Origin: Patescibacteria group bacterium | Lineage (GTDB): Bacteria > Patescibacteriota > Patescibacteriia > UBA1558 > UBA10009 | Assembly: GCA_041662565.1 (NCBI GenBank) | Contig: JBAZSE010000001.1 | Span: forward strand, 1,084 to 65,083 | DNA length: 64,000 bases | Direction: 5' to 3' | Part shown: positions 31,490 through 39,966 of the stretch, piece after piece | Layout: each line of letters opens with the position of its first letter | Numbering within the stretch: the first letter of the stretch is position 1 | Translations under genes and position numbers: made by a program | The notes under the pieces: generated by a model | The model's database searches: none | Told to the model about the DNA's origin: nothing | Seen by the model: the letters and a program-made list of their open reading frames with translations, nothing else

Positions 31490-32713
31490 ATGTATTCATC
31501 AGAATTATTAAATTTAATCACACAAGAAGTTTCTTTGCTTAAAGCCAATGGCAAATATAAGTTTGAAGCACCATTAGAATCGGCCCAAAGTTCAAAGGTT
31601 AAAGTTGCCGGCAAGGAAGTATTAATGTTTGCTTCCAATAACTATTTGGGATTAGCTAACCATCCGGAAATTATTACCGCCGCCAAAAAATCTTTGGATC
31701 AATATGGCTATGGCTTGGCTTCGGTTAGGTTTATTGCGGGCACTACAAAATTGCATTTGGAATTGGAAAAAAAATGTTCTGAATTTTTAGGCACCGAGGA
31801 TACTATATTATTCGGTTCGTGTTTTGCCGCCAATGAAGCTTTTTTTACCGCGTTAATCCAACAAACAGAAGGGCAAACTAAAAAATCGGTTATCTATAGC
31901 GATGAGCTTAACCATGCCAGTATTATAGATGGTCTTAAGTTGGTTAAAAAAGATTTGGTAGTCAAAAGAATTTATGCGCACAATGATTCCTCTGCCTTGG
32001 AACAAATGCTCAAAGAGGATGAGAACGAAAATTATTTTCTAAAAATTATCGCTTCTGATGGTGTTTTTAGCATGGAAGGAGAATTGGCTAAATTACCGGA
32101 GCTTGTTAGAATTGCCACAGACCATCGGGCCCTATTGTTTGTTGATGATTCGCATGGGGTTGGGGTTTGTGGAGCCCATGGCCAGGGCTCGCCCGAAGAA
32201 TTAAATGTCTCCGGTCAAATTGATGTTTTAAGCGGAACTTTTGGCAAGGCCTTGGGAGGGGCGGCGGGCGGTTATTTAAGTGGCAAAAAAGAACTGATTG
32301 AATTTATGCGCCAAAAAGCCCGTCCTTATATTTTTTCCAATTCTTTGCCGCCAATGATTGTGGCCTCAACTATGGCCGCTTTGGATTTATTACATCAACA
32401 TCCCGAATTAATTGAGCAATCAAAAGAAAATACCGCTTACTTTAGGCAAGAAATTAAAGCCAGGGGATTTAAAATAATTGAGGGAGATCATCCGATTGTG
32501 CCGATTATGATCGGCGAAGCGGCCTTAACGCAAAAAATGGCTAAAGAATTATTGGCACGCGGGCTATATTTATTCGGCTTATGGTTTCCGGTGGTGCCAG
32601 AAGGCCAAGCCAGATTGCGAGCGCAAATTTCTGCTGCTCACACTAGAGCCGATTTAAATCAGGCCTTGGATATTTTAACTGTTGTTGGTAAAGAATTAGG
32701 AGTAATTAAATAA
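31490..32713 (+). CDS. kbl: Glycine C-acetyltransferase
   Basis: NNYLGL, SVRFIAGT, LNHASIIDG, DDSHG, GTFGKALGGA.GG, PVVP.GQAR. Confidence 0.95.
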   Translation: MYSSELLNLITQEVSLLKANGKYKFEAPLESAQSSKVKVAGKEVLMFASNNYLGLANHPEIITAAKKSLDQYGYGLASVRFIAGTTKLHLELEKKCSEFLGTEDTILFGSCFAANEAFFTALIQQTEGQTKKSVIYSDELNHASIIDGLKLVKKDLVVKRIYAHNDSSALEQMLKEDENENYFLKIIASDGVFSMEGELAKLPELVRIATDHRALLFVDDSHGVGVCGAHGQGSPEELNVSGQIDVLSGTFGKALGGAAGGYLSGKKELIEFMRQKARPYIFSNSLPPMIVASTMAALDLLHQHPELIEQSKENTAYFRQEIKARGFKIIEGDHPIVPIMIGEAALTQKMAKELLARGLYLFGLWFPVVPEGQARLRAQISAAHTRADLNQALDILTVVGKELGVIK

Positions 32714-32722
32714 AGTTCGCTT

Positions 32723-32796
32723 GGCTGGGAAAGAAAAATTTTTCCGCGGGGACGCTCGAGTACTCGCGAAAGCAGAAAAATTTTCCTTTCCCAGCC
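32723..32796. repeat. MITE-like inverted repeat between kbl and GNAT
   Basis: GGCTGGGAAAGAAAAATTTTT...GAAAAATTTTCCTTTCCCAGCC. Confidence 0.6.
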
Positions 32797-32813
32797 CTGC
32801 TCACAATTCATAT

Positions 32814-33236
32814 ATGATTACAATCCGTCAATTTAAAAAAGAAGATGCTACGCAGGTTGCTGTTTTAATTCCTCAACTAACTAAGAATATCGTTGAACCG
32901 GCAAGCTTGGTTAAGCGTTTGGAAAATTTAGCCACTGCACAAAATTGGCAATATTTTGTGGCTGAATTGGAGGATAAAATTGTCGGTTTTGCCGGCTTGG
33001 TTTGGTATCCGGTTGCTTCCAAAGGATTAATTGGTTGGATTGAAGAAGTGGTGGTTGATGAGGCATTTCGCGGCCAAGGCATTGGGCGATCTTTAATGGA
33101 GGTATTGTTAAAATTAGCTGAAGAAAAAAATATCAAGCAAGTAAAATTAACCAGTACCAATATCGCTTTGCCATTGTATGAAAAATTCGGTTTTAATAAA
33201 AAAGACCAAGATTATTTAGTGAAAAATCTTGATTGA
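32814..33236 (+). CDS. GNAT acetyltransferase (GNA1-like features)
   Basis: GWIEEVVVD..FRGQGIG; start re-called at ATG 32814 downstream of the repeat. Confidence 0.85.
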   Translation: MITIRQFKKEDATQVAVLIPQLTKNIVEPASLVKRLENLATAQNWQYFVAELEDKIVGFAGLVWYPVASKGLIGWIEEVVVDEAFRGQGIGRSLMEVLLKLAEEKNIKQVKLTSTNIALPLYEKFGFNKKDQDYLVKNLD

Positions 33237-33238
33237 TT

Positions 33239-34492
33239 ATGCGCTATATTGCCGATTTCCATATTCATTCGCCTTATGCCCGCGCTTGTTCGCCAAAGCT
33301 GACTTTAGCCAATATTGATGCTTGGGCCAAGTTAAAAGGTATTAACATTGTGGGTACCGGGGATTTTAGCCATCCGGCCAGATTTAAGGAAATAGAAAAT
33401 AATTTGGTGGAAAAATATCCCGGCCTGTATCAATTTAAAGGTTCCTCAACGGGAACTCTTTTTATGCTGACCACTGAAATCGCCTGTATCTTTAGTCAGG
33501 GCGGTAAAACCAGGCGTTTGCATATCTGCATTTTGGCGCCCAATTTGGATTTTGTAAAAAAATTAAATGCCCAGCTTACGGCCCGCGGTTGCAAATTGGC
33601 ATCGGATGGCCGACCGATTATCGGAATGAGTGCTAAAGAATTACTAAAAATTTGTTTAAGTATTGATGAAAATCACTTAACCATTCCTGCTCATGCTTGG
33701 ACCCCGTGGTTTGCAATTTTTGGTTCCAAATCCGGTTTTGATTCTATTTCGGAATGTTACGAAGATTTAAGCAAATATATCTATGCCATAGAAACCGGTT
33801 TATCATCCGATCCGCTGATGAACTGGCGCCTTTCGGCTTTGGATAAAATTACTTTGCTTTCCAATTCCGATGCTCATAGCTTGGAAAATTTAGGTCGAGA
33901 GGCCAATGTGTTTGAGCTTAATAAACCATCGTATCAAGAAATTTTTGAAATAATAAAAAATCAGGATAAAAAAAAGTTTTTATACACTATTGAATTTTTC
34001 CCTGAAGAAGGCATGTATCATTTTGACGGGCATCGCGCCTGTAAAATAAGTTGGTCACCTGTTCAAACTAAAAAAAATAAAAATATCTGTCCGGTTTGCA
34101 AAAAAACGGTTACAGTCGGCGTTTTGAACCGTGTGGATAACTTAGCCGATCGGTTGGAAAAAAAGATTGATAAATCACAATTTATTCCTTTTAAAAGCAT
34201 TATACCTTTAGCGGAAATTATTGCCGATAGTTATGGTGTGGGCAAAAATTCTAAAAAAGTTTATGCAGAATATTTTAATTTGATAAAAGATAACAGGAAT
34301 GAATTTGAAATATTATTGGATACGCCGTTTGATGTTTTAAAAAAATTAACTCTGCCGCAAATAGCTGAGGGCATTATCAGGGTAAGAAAAGGCCAAGTTA
34401 TTTTAACTCCTGGTTTTGACGGGCAGTACGGAAAAATTCAGGTTTTTTCCGAGCAAGAGCGTGCGGTAAATCGCCAAAAACCCTTATTTTAA
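33239..34492 (+). CDS. Endonuclease Q family (PHP domain + Zn finger)
   Basis: DFHIHS, GTGDF, PAHAWTPW, ETGLSSD, NSDAHS, CPVC, PGFDGQYG. Confidence 0.9.
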   Translation: MRYIADFHIHSPYARACSPKLTLANIDAWAKLKGINIVGTGDFSHPARFKEIENNLVEKYPGLYQFKGSSTGTLFMLTTEIACIFSQGGKTRRLHICILAPNLDFVKKLNAQLTARGCKLASDGRPIIGMSAKELLKICLSIDENHLTIPAHAWTPWFAIFGSKSGFDSISECYEDLSKYIYAIETGLSSDPLMNWRLSALDKITLLSNSDAHSLENLGREANVFELNKPSYQEIFEIIKNQDKKKFLYTIEFFPEEGMYHFDGHRACKISWSPVQTKKNKNICPVCKKTVTVGVLNRVDNLADRLEKKIDKSQFIPFKSIIPLAEIIADSYGVGKNSKKVYAEYFNLIKDNRNEFEILLDTPFDVLKKLTLPQIAEGIIRVRKGQVILTPGFDGQYGKIQVFSEQERAVNRQKPLF

Positions 34493-34507
34493 AGGCAAAA
34501 TCAATCC

Positions 34508-34552
34508 AAAAACAAAATCCCCTTCAAGCATGGAGACGGGGATTTTGTTTTT
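34508..34552. terminator. Bidirectional intrinsic terminator
   Basis: AAAAACAAAATCCCC...GGGGATTTTGTTTTT. Confidence 0.75.
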
Positions 34553-34571
34553 CTATTTAAAGAGAAAAAAT

Positions 34572-34697
34572 TTACCTTTTTCTTTTTTTAGCCACCTTTT
34601 TTCTTTTAGGGGCTGCTTTTCTTTTAGCTACTTTCTTTCTCTTTGGAGCGGCCTTCCTTTTTTTAGGAGCGGCTTTTTTTCTTTTTTTGACTGCCAT
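34572..34697 (-). CDS. 41-aa Lys/Arg/Ala-rich histone H1/protamine-like protein
   Basis: MAVKKRKKAAPKKRKAAPKRKKVAKRKAAPKRKKVAKKRKR*, strong SD AGGAGGTG 7 nt upstream. Confidence 0.85.
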   Translation of the reverse strand: MAVKKRKKAAPKKRKAAPKRKKVAKRKAAPKRKKVAKKRKR

Positions 34698-34903
34698 GTT
34701 GTTTCACCTCCTCTCATTGGTTAAGCGAATAATTATTCGCTTAGATTGTAGATTTATTTTTACAATTAAAATATTTTAATAATAAAAATAATCTCTGACC
34801 AATATATTATACAACATAATTAAATAAATTGATATAGTCAAGCAAATATTTTGACAAACAAAAAAGACTTTTTCACAAGCCCTTTAAATTATGTTGATAT
34901 TTT

Positions 34904-35587
34904 CTATGGTTGTTTAACCAAATTTCTTTTAATAATGTATTCTTGCGTTCCTATCGTAATTACTCCTATTATTAACATAATTAATCTAGCATATGCGGCA
35001 ATGGCAATGCCCTCGGAGCCTCGGTCGCCAAGATAACTATAGGCTGACTTTGCCAGAGTTCCTGAGACAATGGGTAAAATAAACCTTTTGAATTTAATCG
35101 GTCCAGTGGCCATCACATAAGTCAATTCGTCATCGGGAGTAAAAGGTAGGATATAAACAATTAATAAGGTCATCGGCCCAATTTTGTTGGTTAGTTGATC
35201 AAAACGGCTGTAGAAATCAGAAGAAATGATTTTTTGCAGCAAGGGGCGTCCATATTTTTTTACTAATAACACGATGATGAATAGTCCAATTGAGGTTGAG
35301 AGAAAGTTTATAATAAAACCAACATCTCCTCCAAAGATATATCCAGATACAATGAGAATAGCGGTGTTTAAGAGTGGCGTTAGGGTAACATAAATTATTT
35401 CAATGATGGAATAGGTAATGACACCTAACGCTCCACTAGCATTAACAACTGACTGCAGTGCCTCCCTGTCAACATATTTATTAAAAATAATCGCTGTAAT
35501 AATCATTAAAAAAACATAAATACTCAAAGTAATTATGCTTTTTAATTTAACCTGATTATGAAATAATTTATTTGCGATATTCATCAT
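34904..35587 (-). CDS. VTT/TVP38 (DedA superfamily) membrane protein
   Basis: Multi-TM, GYIFG, LPFTPDD..Y pattern. Confidence 0.8.
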   Translation of the reverse strand: MMNIANKLFHNQVKLKSIITLSIYVFLMIITAIIFNKYVDREALQSVVNASGALGVITYSIIEIIYVTLTPLLNTAILIVSGYIFGGDVGFIINFLSTSIGLFIIVLLVKKYGRPLLQKIISSDFYSRFDQLTNKIGPMTLLIVYILPFTPDDELTYVMATGPIKFKRFILPIVSGTLAKSAYSYLGDRGSEGIAIAAYARLIMLIIGVITIGTQEYIIKRNLVKQP

Positions 35588-35593
35588 TAACTC

Positions 35594-35669
35594 TGGTGGA
35601 CCCTGCCGGGATCGAACCGGCCGCCTCCGCGATGCAAACGCGGCGCTCTACCAAATGAGCTAAGGGCCC
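35594..35669 (-). tRNA. tRNA-Ala(TGC)
   Basis: Cloverleaf, G3:U70, CCA. Confidence 0.97.
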
Positions 35670-35918
35670 CTATTGTTGTCCTTTAAATAAAGGAGAAAAA
35701 ATCGCCCAAATCACTCCTTCTATAAAACCAAACATGTAAAGCATGGCGATAATAATTCCGGCCAAGCCGATTAGTTTCCACATTAATCTGGAACCGCCGG
35801 ATGAACCCAAATGTTCTTCGGCCCAATCATTATGGCCGAAGTTTTCTACAATCCAATTGGCTTGCCAAACCAGCAAAAAGCTGGCCGCAATACCTAGTAA
35901 ACCAATAAAAAATCTCAT
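35670..35918 (-). CDS. Small two-TM membrane protein
   Basis: WAEEHLGSSGGSRLMWKLIG between two hydrophobic helices. Confidence 0.75.
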   Translation of the reverse strand: MRFFIGLLGIAASFLLVWQANWIVENFGHNDWAEEHLGSSGGSRLMWKLIGLAGIIIAMLYMFGFIEGVIWAIFSPLFKGQQ

Positions 35919-35967
35919 AGATTTATTTATGGTGTGGCGCTTAGCGCCACATCCACCACGCTAAGCG

Positions 35968-36044
35968 TGGTGGACCTGGGCGGAGTCGAACCGCCGACCT
36001 CCACAATGCGAATGTGGCGCTCTAGCCAATTGAGCTACAGGCCC
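35968..36044 (-). tRNA. tRNA-Ala(CGC)
   Basis: Cloverleaf, CCACA-TT CGC AT-TGTGG. Confidence 0.96.
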
Positions 36045-36064
36045 CGGTCATCTCAAATTAATTC

Positions 36065-36141
36065 TGGTGGGTCCGAGAGGGGTCGAACCTCTGACCTCAT
36101 GGATGTAAACCATGCGCTCTAACCAACTGAGCTACGAACCC
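36065..36141 (-). tRNA. tRNA-Val(TAC)
   Basis: Cloverleaf, CATGG-TT TAC AT-CCATG. Confidence 0.96.
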
Positions 36142-36152
36142 TCTAGTGGGGA

Positions 36153-36238
36153 TGGTGCGCGGGAGAGGACTTGAACCTCCACGGGGTTGCCCCCACCACC
36201 ACCTCAAGGTGGCCTGGCTACCATTACAGCACCCGCGC
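36153..36238 (-). tRNA. tRNA-Leu(GAG)
   Basis: Cloverleaf with long variable arm, CCACC-TT GAG GT-GGTGG. Confidence 0.95.
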
Positions 36239-36243
36239 TCACA

Positions 36244-36888
36244 TTAAATATCTTGTTTTAAAGTCAAATTTATTTTATTCAATTTCCGTTTAAGCAGGGG
36301 AATATTTTTTGAGTAATACATTTTTTTAATCACAATCCTCGCTTCATTTTTTGCATATTTTAATTGATAAGCTCTACTAACAAAGCTTTTATTTATATGA
36401 CCCTTTACGTCAAATTGTTTTTGCATTTCTTGTTGTAGCCAATTAATATGCTTAATGCTGGCCGAACAAAAAGAAAGATAAAACATAAAACTGGATTTCC
36501 ATCTTTTATCCCAGTAGGAGTAAAAACTGCCATCTCCATCAAAAAGACCCCTGATAAAATCCGGAAAGAATTTTTTCGGGATTTTTATCTCGTCAATAGT
36601 TTTTGATTTTGCCGGCGTCAAACCGATTTCTATAAGTAAGTTGTAAAGATTTACATCACTAAATTGAACGCAATAATATGTTTTATCAGGCGCAAAGCCA
36701 CTTTTCTTTAAACTTACCTTTGTTTTTAGATCAAGGCAAGTTTTAAATGTTTGAATGAGCTGTAAATCTTTAGAGACAAAGGTAATGTGCCTTTTATCTT
36801 TGGATAAATTACCATCAGTAGCAATTAAGCCAACTGCATAGGCTAATTTAGCCGACCACAATCTCGATTTTTTATTTAACTGTTTCAT
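36244..36888 (-). CDS. Free-standing double-motif LAGLIDADG endonuclease-like protein
   Basis: YAVGLIATDGNL and FIRGLFDGDGSF. Confidence 0.88.
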   Translation of the reverse strand: MKQLNKKSRLWSAKLAYAVGLIATDGNLSKDKRHITFVSKDLQLIQTFKTCLDLKTKVSLKKSGFAPDKTYYCVQFSDVNLYNLLIEIGLTPAKSKTIDEIKIPKKFFPDFIRGLFDGDGSFYSYWDKRWKSSFMFYLSFCSASIKHINWLQQEMQKQFDVKGHINKSFVSRAYQLKYAKNEARIVIKKMYYSKNIPLLKRKLNKINLTLKQDI

Positions 36889-36939
36889 TAAGGTATATTA
36901 TACCTCAATGTTAAAGCGTATACCAGTAAATTTATCCCC

Positions 36940-37290
36940 TTATTTAACTATCTTTTCCTTGAGCTTCTTTTTGTAGGTTTTAAGATAATCAAGCTTAGCG
37001 CGCCTAACTTGAGCAATTTTCTTTAATTCAATTTTAACGATATTGGGAGAGTAAACCGGGTATACTCTTTCCACGCCTACTCCCTCGGAAACCTTACGAA
37101 CGGTAATGGTGGCACCTTTTTCCAAGCCGTGCTTGCGGGCAATTACCATGCCTTCAAAAACCTGGACGCGCTCTTTTTCTTCGCCCTTGGTATTTTTTTC
37201 TTTGATTTTTTGGTGAACCCTGATGGTCATGCCTGGCCTGACTTCCGGGTAACCGGCTGCGCTGGTGTTAGCAGATGTTTTGGTTGTCAT
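36940..37290 (-). CDS. rplS: 50S ribosomal protein L19
   Basis: [29 protein letters not shown]. Confidence 0.97.
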   Translation of the reverse strand: MTTKTSANTSAAGYPEVRPGMTIRVHQKIKEKNTKGEEKERVQVFEGMVIARKHGLEKGATITVRKVSEGVGVERVYPVYSPNIVKIELKKIAQVRRAKLDYLKTYKKKLKEKIVK

Positions 37291-37392
37291 AGAATATCTG
37301 TTTAATTGTTAATTAAAATATGTAAAACTAGACCTAACAATAGCCAAAAATGGACTTTTTGTCAAGTTTAATTCAAAAGGATAGTGGCTGTG

Positions 37393-37977
37393 CTATTTTT
37401 TCTTGAGCAAGTAGCCTTCTTTTTTTAAAATGGCTAAAATTTGTTTTAAAGTTTGAAAAAGCTTGTCTTCTTTATTAATGACGGTGTATTGGTAATATTT
37501 TTCTTCCTGTTTAATTTCTTTTTTGGCATTAGCCAAACGTTTGGCCAGCTCCAAGGGAGCCATATCCGGTTGCCTGTTAAGCAAGCGGTTTTTAATAGCC
37601 GCTAACGATTCGGCTTTAATAAAAATGCTAACAGCATCATAATGCTTTTTGTAAAATTTAGTGCCAATGTAATCGGTGTTGGCCACCACATTATAACCGC
37701 GCTTTAATTTACCGGTTAAATCAGGTAGATAGGTGCCATAATAGGTTTTGCGGTTTTTAATGTAAGTGTATTCAATAATTTTGTTTTCTTTAATTAATTT
37801 TTTGAATTCTTCATTGCTGAAAAAATAATAATCCCGTCCATTTTTTTCATTTAATCTGGGAGCGCGGGTTGTGGCCGTAACCAATCTTTTAAAAATTGGA
37901 TATTTTTTCAATAAAAGTTTGGTAACCGTGCTTTCGCCCGAACCGGTTGGTCCGGAGATAATTAAAATTTGTTTCAT
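37393..37977 (-). CDS. gmk: Guanylate kinase
   Basis: SGPTGSGEST, TTRAPR..E..G.DYYF, YGT. Confidence 0.9.
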   Translation of the reverse strand: MKQILIISGPTGSGESTVTKLLLKKYPIFKRLVTATTRAPRLNEKNGRDYYFFSNEEFKKLIKENKIIEYTYIKNRKTYYGTYLPDLTGKLKRGYNVVANTDYIGTKFYKKHYDAVSIFIKAESLAAIKNRLLNRQPDMAPLELAKRLANAKKEIKQEEKYYQYTVINKEDKLFQTLKQILAILKKEGYLLKKK

Positions 37978-38909
37978 ACAAGTTTTTTCAGAATAGTATC
38001 AAGATTAGTCGGCAAGGGGCTGGTAAATTCCTGCCATTTGTTTTTTAAATCATAAAAGCCCAAAAGATGCGAATGCAAAAAAATTCTTTTTAAATTAAAG
38101 CTATCTTTGTATCTTTCGTGGCCATAAAGTTCATCACCGATTAAGGGATGATCAATGGCACTTAAGTGGGCTCTAAGTTGATGCGAACGACCGGTTTTTA
38201 GGTACAGTTTAAGATACGTATAATTTGTCAGTTTTTTAATAACCAAATATTCGGTTAACGATTCTCGGCCTTCCGCTCCCTTGGCTTGAGCCACAATTTT
38301 GCCCGACCGACGCGATCTTTTTAAAGGAAAATCAATAATGCCTTCGTCGGCTGAAATTTTGCCGTAAACCAGTCCTAAGTATTCTTTTTTAGTTTGCCTG
38401 GCTTTAAATTGTTGTTTTAAATGCGCATACATGGGCTTGGTTTTGGCAATTACCAACAGTCCGGAAACGCCTTTGTCCAATCTGTGCACTAATCCGGGCC
38501 TTTCCGGATTTTCACCTACTTTTTTAATAGCGGGAAATTTTTTTACCAGCCAGTCAATTAATGTTAGTTCTGTTGATTGGGAAGTAGGATGAACCAGTAA
38601 GCCGGCCGGTTTGGTAATAACCAAATAATCGGCTGTTTGTTTAATAATTACAGGTAAGAGCGTTTTATCAATCTTTGTTTTAACCGGCTTTTCTATTACA
38701 GGTTTTTTAACTTCAACGGTTGCTTTTTTGGCAATAATGATATCGCCTTTTTTTAACCAATGGTGGCTGGCAACGGTTTGGCCGTTAACCAAAAATTCGC
38801 CGCCTTCAATCATTTTTTGAATTTGCGAGCGGGAAAGTTTTTTTAGTTCATTGGCTAAAAATTTATCCAGCCGTTCTTTGCCTTCATTTTGGTAGGTGAT
38901 TGTTTTCAT
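37974..38909 (-). CDS. rluD: RluA/RluD family pseudouridine synthase
   Basis: S4 domain, KPAGLLVHP, HRLD, TGRSHQLR. Confidence 0.9.
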   Translation of the reverse strand: MKTITYQNEGKERLDKFLANELKKLSRSQIQKMIEGGEFLVNGQTVASHHWLKKGDIIIAKKATVEVKKPVIEKPVKTKIDKTLLPVIIKQTADYLVITKPAGLLVHPTSQSTELTLIDWLVKKFPAIKKVGENPERPGLVHRLDKGVSGLLVIAKTKPMYAHLKQQFKARQTKKEYLGLVYGKISADEGIIDFPLKRSRRSGKIVAQAKGAEGRESLTEYLVIKKLTNYTYLKLYLKTGRSHQLRAHLSAIDHPLIGDELYGHERYKDSFNLKRIFLHSHLLGFYDLKNKWQEFTSPLPTNLDTILKKLV

Positions 38910-39451
38910 GATAAAAGTTTTAAAAAGTTAAGCCCTAAAAGCCCGCAATCGGTATCGGTTAGGTTTCCAGTTAGGAGATGTTTTTTAAATTGTGAAATTG
39001 TCATTTTAATAACTTCAGCAAATTCGTTTTGCTCCAGATTTTGCTCGGCTATTTTTTTACAATCAGTGGCGATAAAATTATATTTAATTCGGCTGGAGTA
39101 GGCGCATTGATAACTTTTTTGGATTAACTTGAAGTTTCCGGCATAACCTGTTTCCTCAAGTAATTCCCGTTTAATTGCTTGTACTGGGGTTTCATTTTTA
39201 TCAACTGCCCCTCCTGGTAATTCTAATAAGGTTTTTTCTGGGCCAGGGCGAAATTGTTTGACTAAAATGACTTGCTTGTTTTTGGTAACTGCCAGCACGC
39301 AAACCGTGCGGTGCTCGTCTTTAATTTCAAAATCAGCCAGGCGGCCATTGGGCAGTTTAAAAGTTTTAACAATCATCTTGCGATATTGCCCATGAACAAC
39401 TTTCTTTTCTTTGATTTTCTGCCATTTTTTAATGGTAGTTGTCTGTGTCAT
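38906..39451 (-). CDS. NUDIX hydrolase (ADP-ribose pyrophosphatase-like)
   Basis: ELPGG..D..E.P..A..RELLEETG. Confidence 0.9.
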   Translation of the reverse strand: MTQTTTIKKWQKIKEKKVVHGQYRKMIVKTFKLPNGRLADFEIKDEHRTVCVLAVTKNKQVILVKQFRPGPEKTLLELPGGAVDKNETPVQAIKRELLEETGYAGNFKLIQKSYQCAYSSRIKYNFIATDCKKIAEQNLEQNEFAEVIKMTISQFKKHLLTGNLTDTDCGLLGLNFLKLLS

Positions 39452-39571
39452 TAACCTTAAAATAGCATAATTTAAGGAAAAGAAAAAGCCGAGGGTTGAA
39501 CCTCGTCTTTTTCATATATCGAGCTAAGCTCGATGGTGTCGCGCTTAGCGCGACTTCCACCACGCTAAGCG

Positions 39572-39648
39572 TGGTGGACGCACGTGGACTTGAACCACGG
39601 ACCTTCACAATGTCAATGTGACGCTCTAACCAGCTGAGCTATGCGTCC
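39572..39648 (-). tRNA. tRNA-Val(GAC)
   Basis: Cloverleaf, TCACA-TT GAC AT-TGTGA. Confidence 0.96.
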
Positions 39649-39717
39649 GTTTTAATTCTTTGCCTATTCTATTATAAAAGATGTTTTATGGCAAGTGTTT
39701 AGTTGTTTCTTTAAAAA

Positions 39718-39794
39718 TGGTGCGCCCAGATGGACTTGAACCATCGACTCCCGAATTATAAGTCCGGTGCTCTAACCAACTGAGCTATGGGCGC
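39718..39794 (-). tRNA. tRNA-Ile(TAT)
   Basis: Cloverleaf, CCGGA-CT TAT AA-TTCGG, CCA. Confidence 0.93.
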
Positions 39795-39855
39795 TTGTTA
39801 TGGCTTGTGCCCCCTGTCTCGCATAAGACGAACAATAGCGAGGCTTTGTGCGGAG

Positions 39856-39917
39856 TAACCAACTGCTTGCCCCGTAAAATTGAGCGGAGCGAAGTTTCTA
39901 CGGGGAGCTATGCATCC
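39856..39917 (-). pseudogene. tRNA 5' remnant split by REP-like element (39866-39905)
   Basis: GGATGCATAGCT|CCCCGTAGAA...TACGGGGCAAG|CAGTTGGTTA on minus strand. Confidence 0.5.
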
Positions 39918-39966
39918 CCGATTTCCACCTTATTATAGCCAAAAACCGTTTAAAATCAAAGAGGCC

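Noticed and set aside
32721-32813. N-terminal extension of GNAT from TTG 32721
   Set aside because: It translates through an inverted-repeat element; ATG 32814 fits the family length
34530-34724. Phe-rich 64-aa plus-strand ORF
   Set aside because: Antisense of the Lys-rich minus-strand gene, which has the SD
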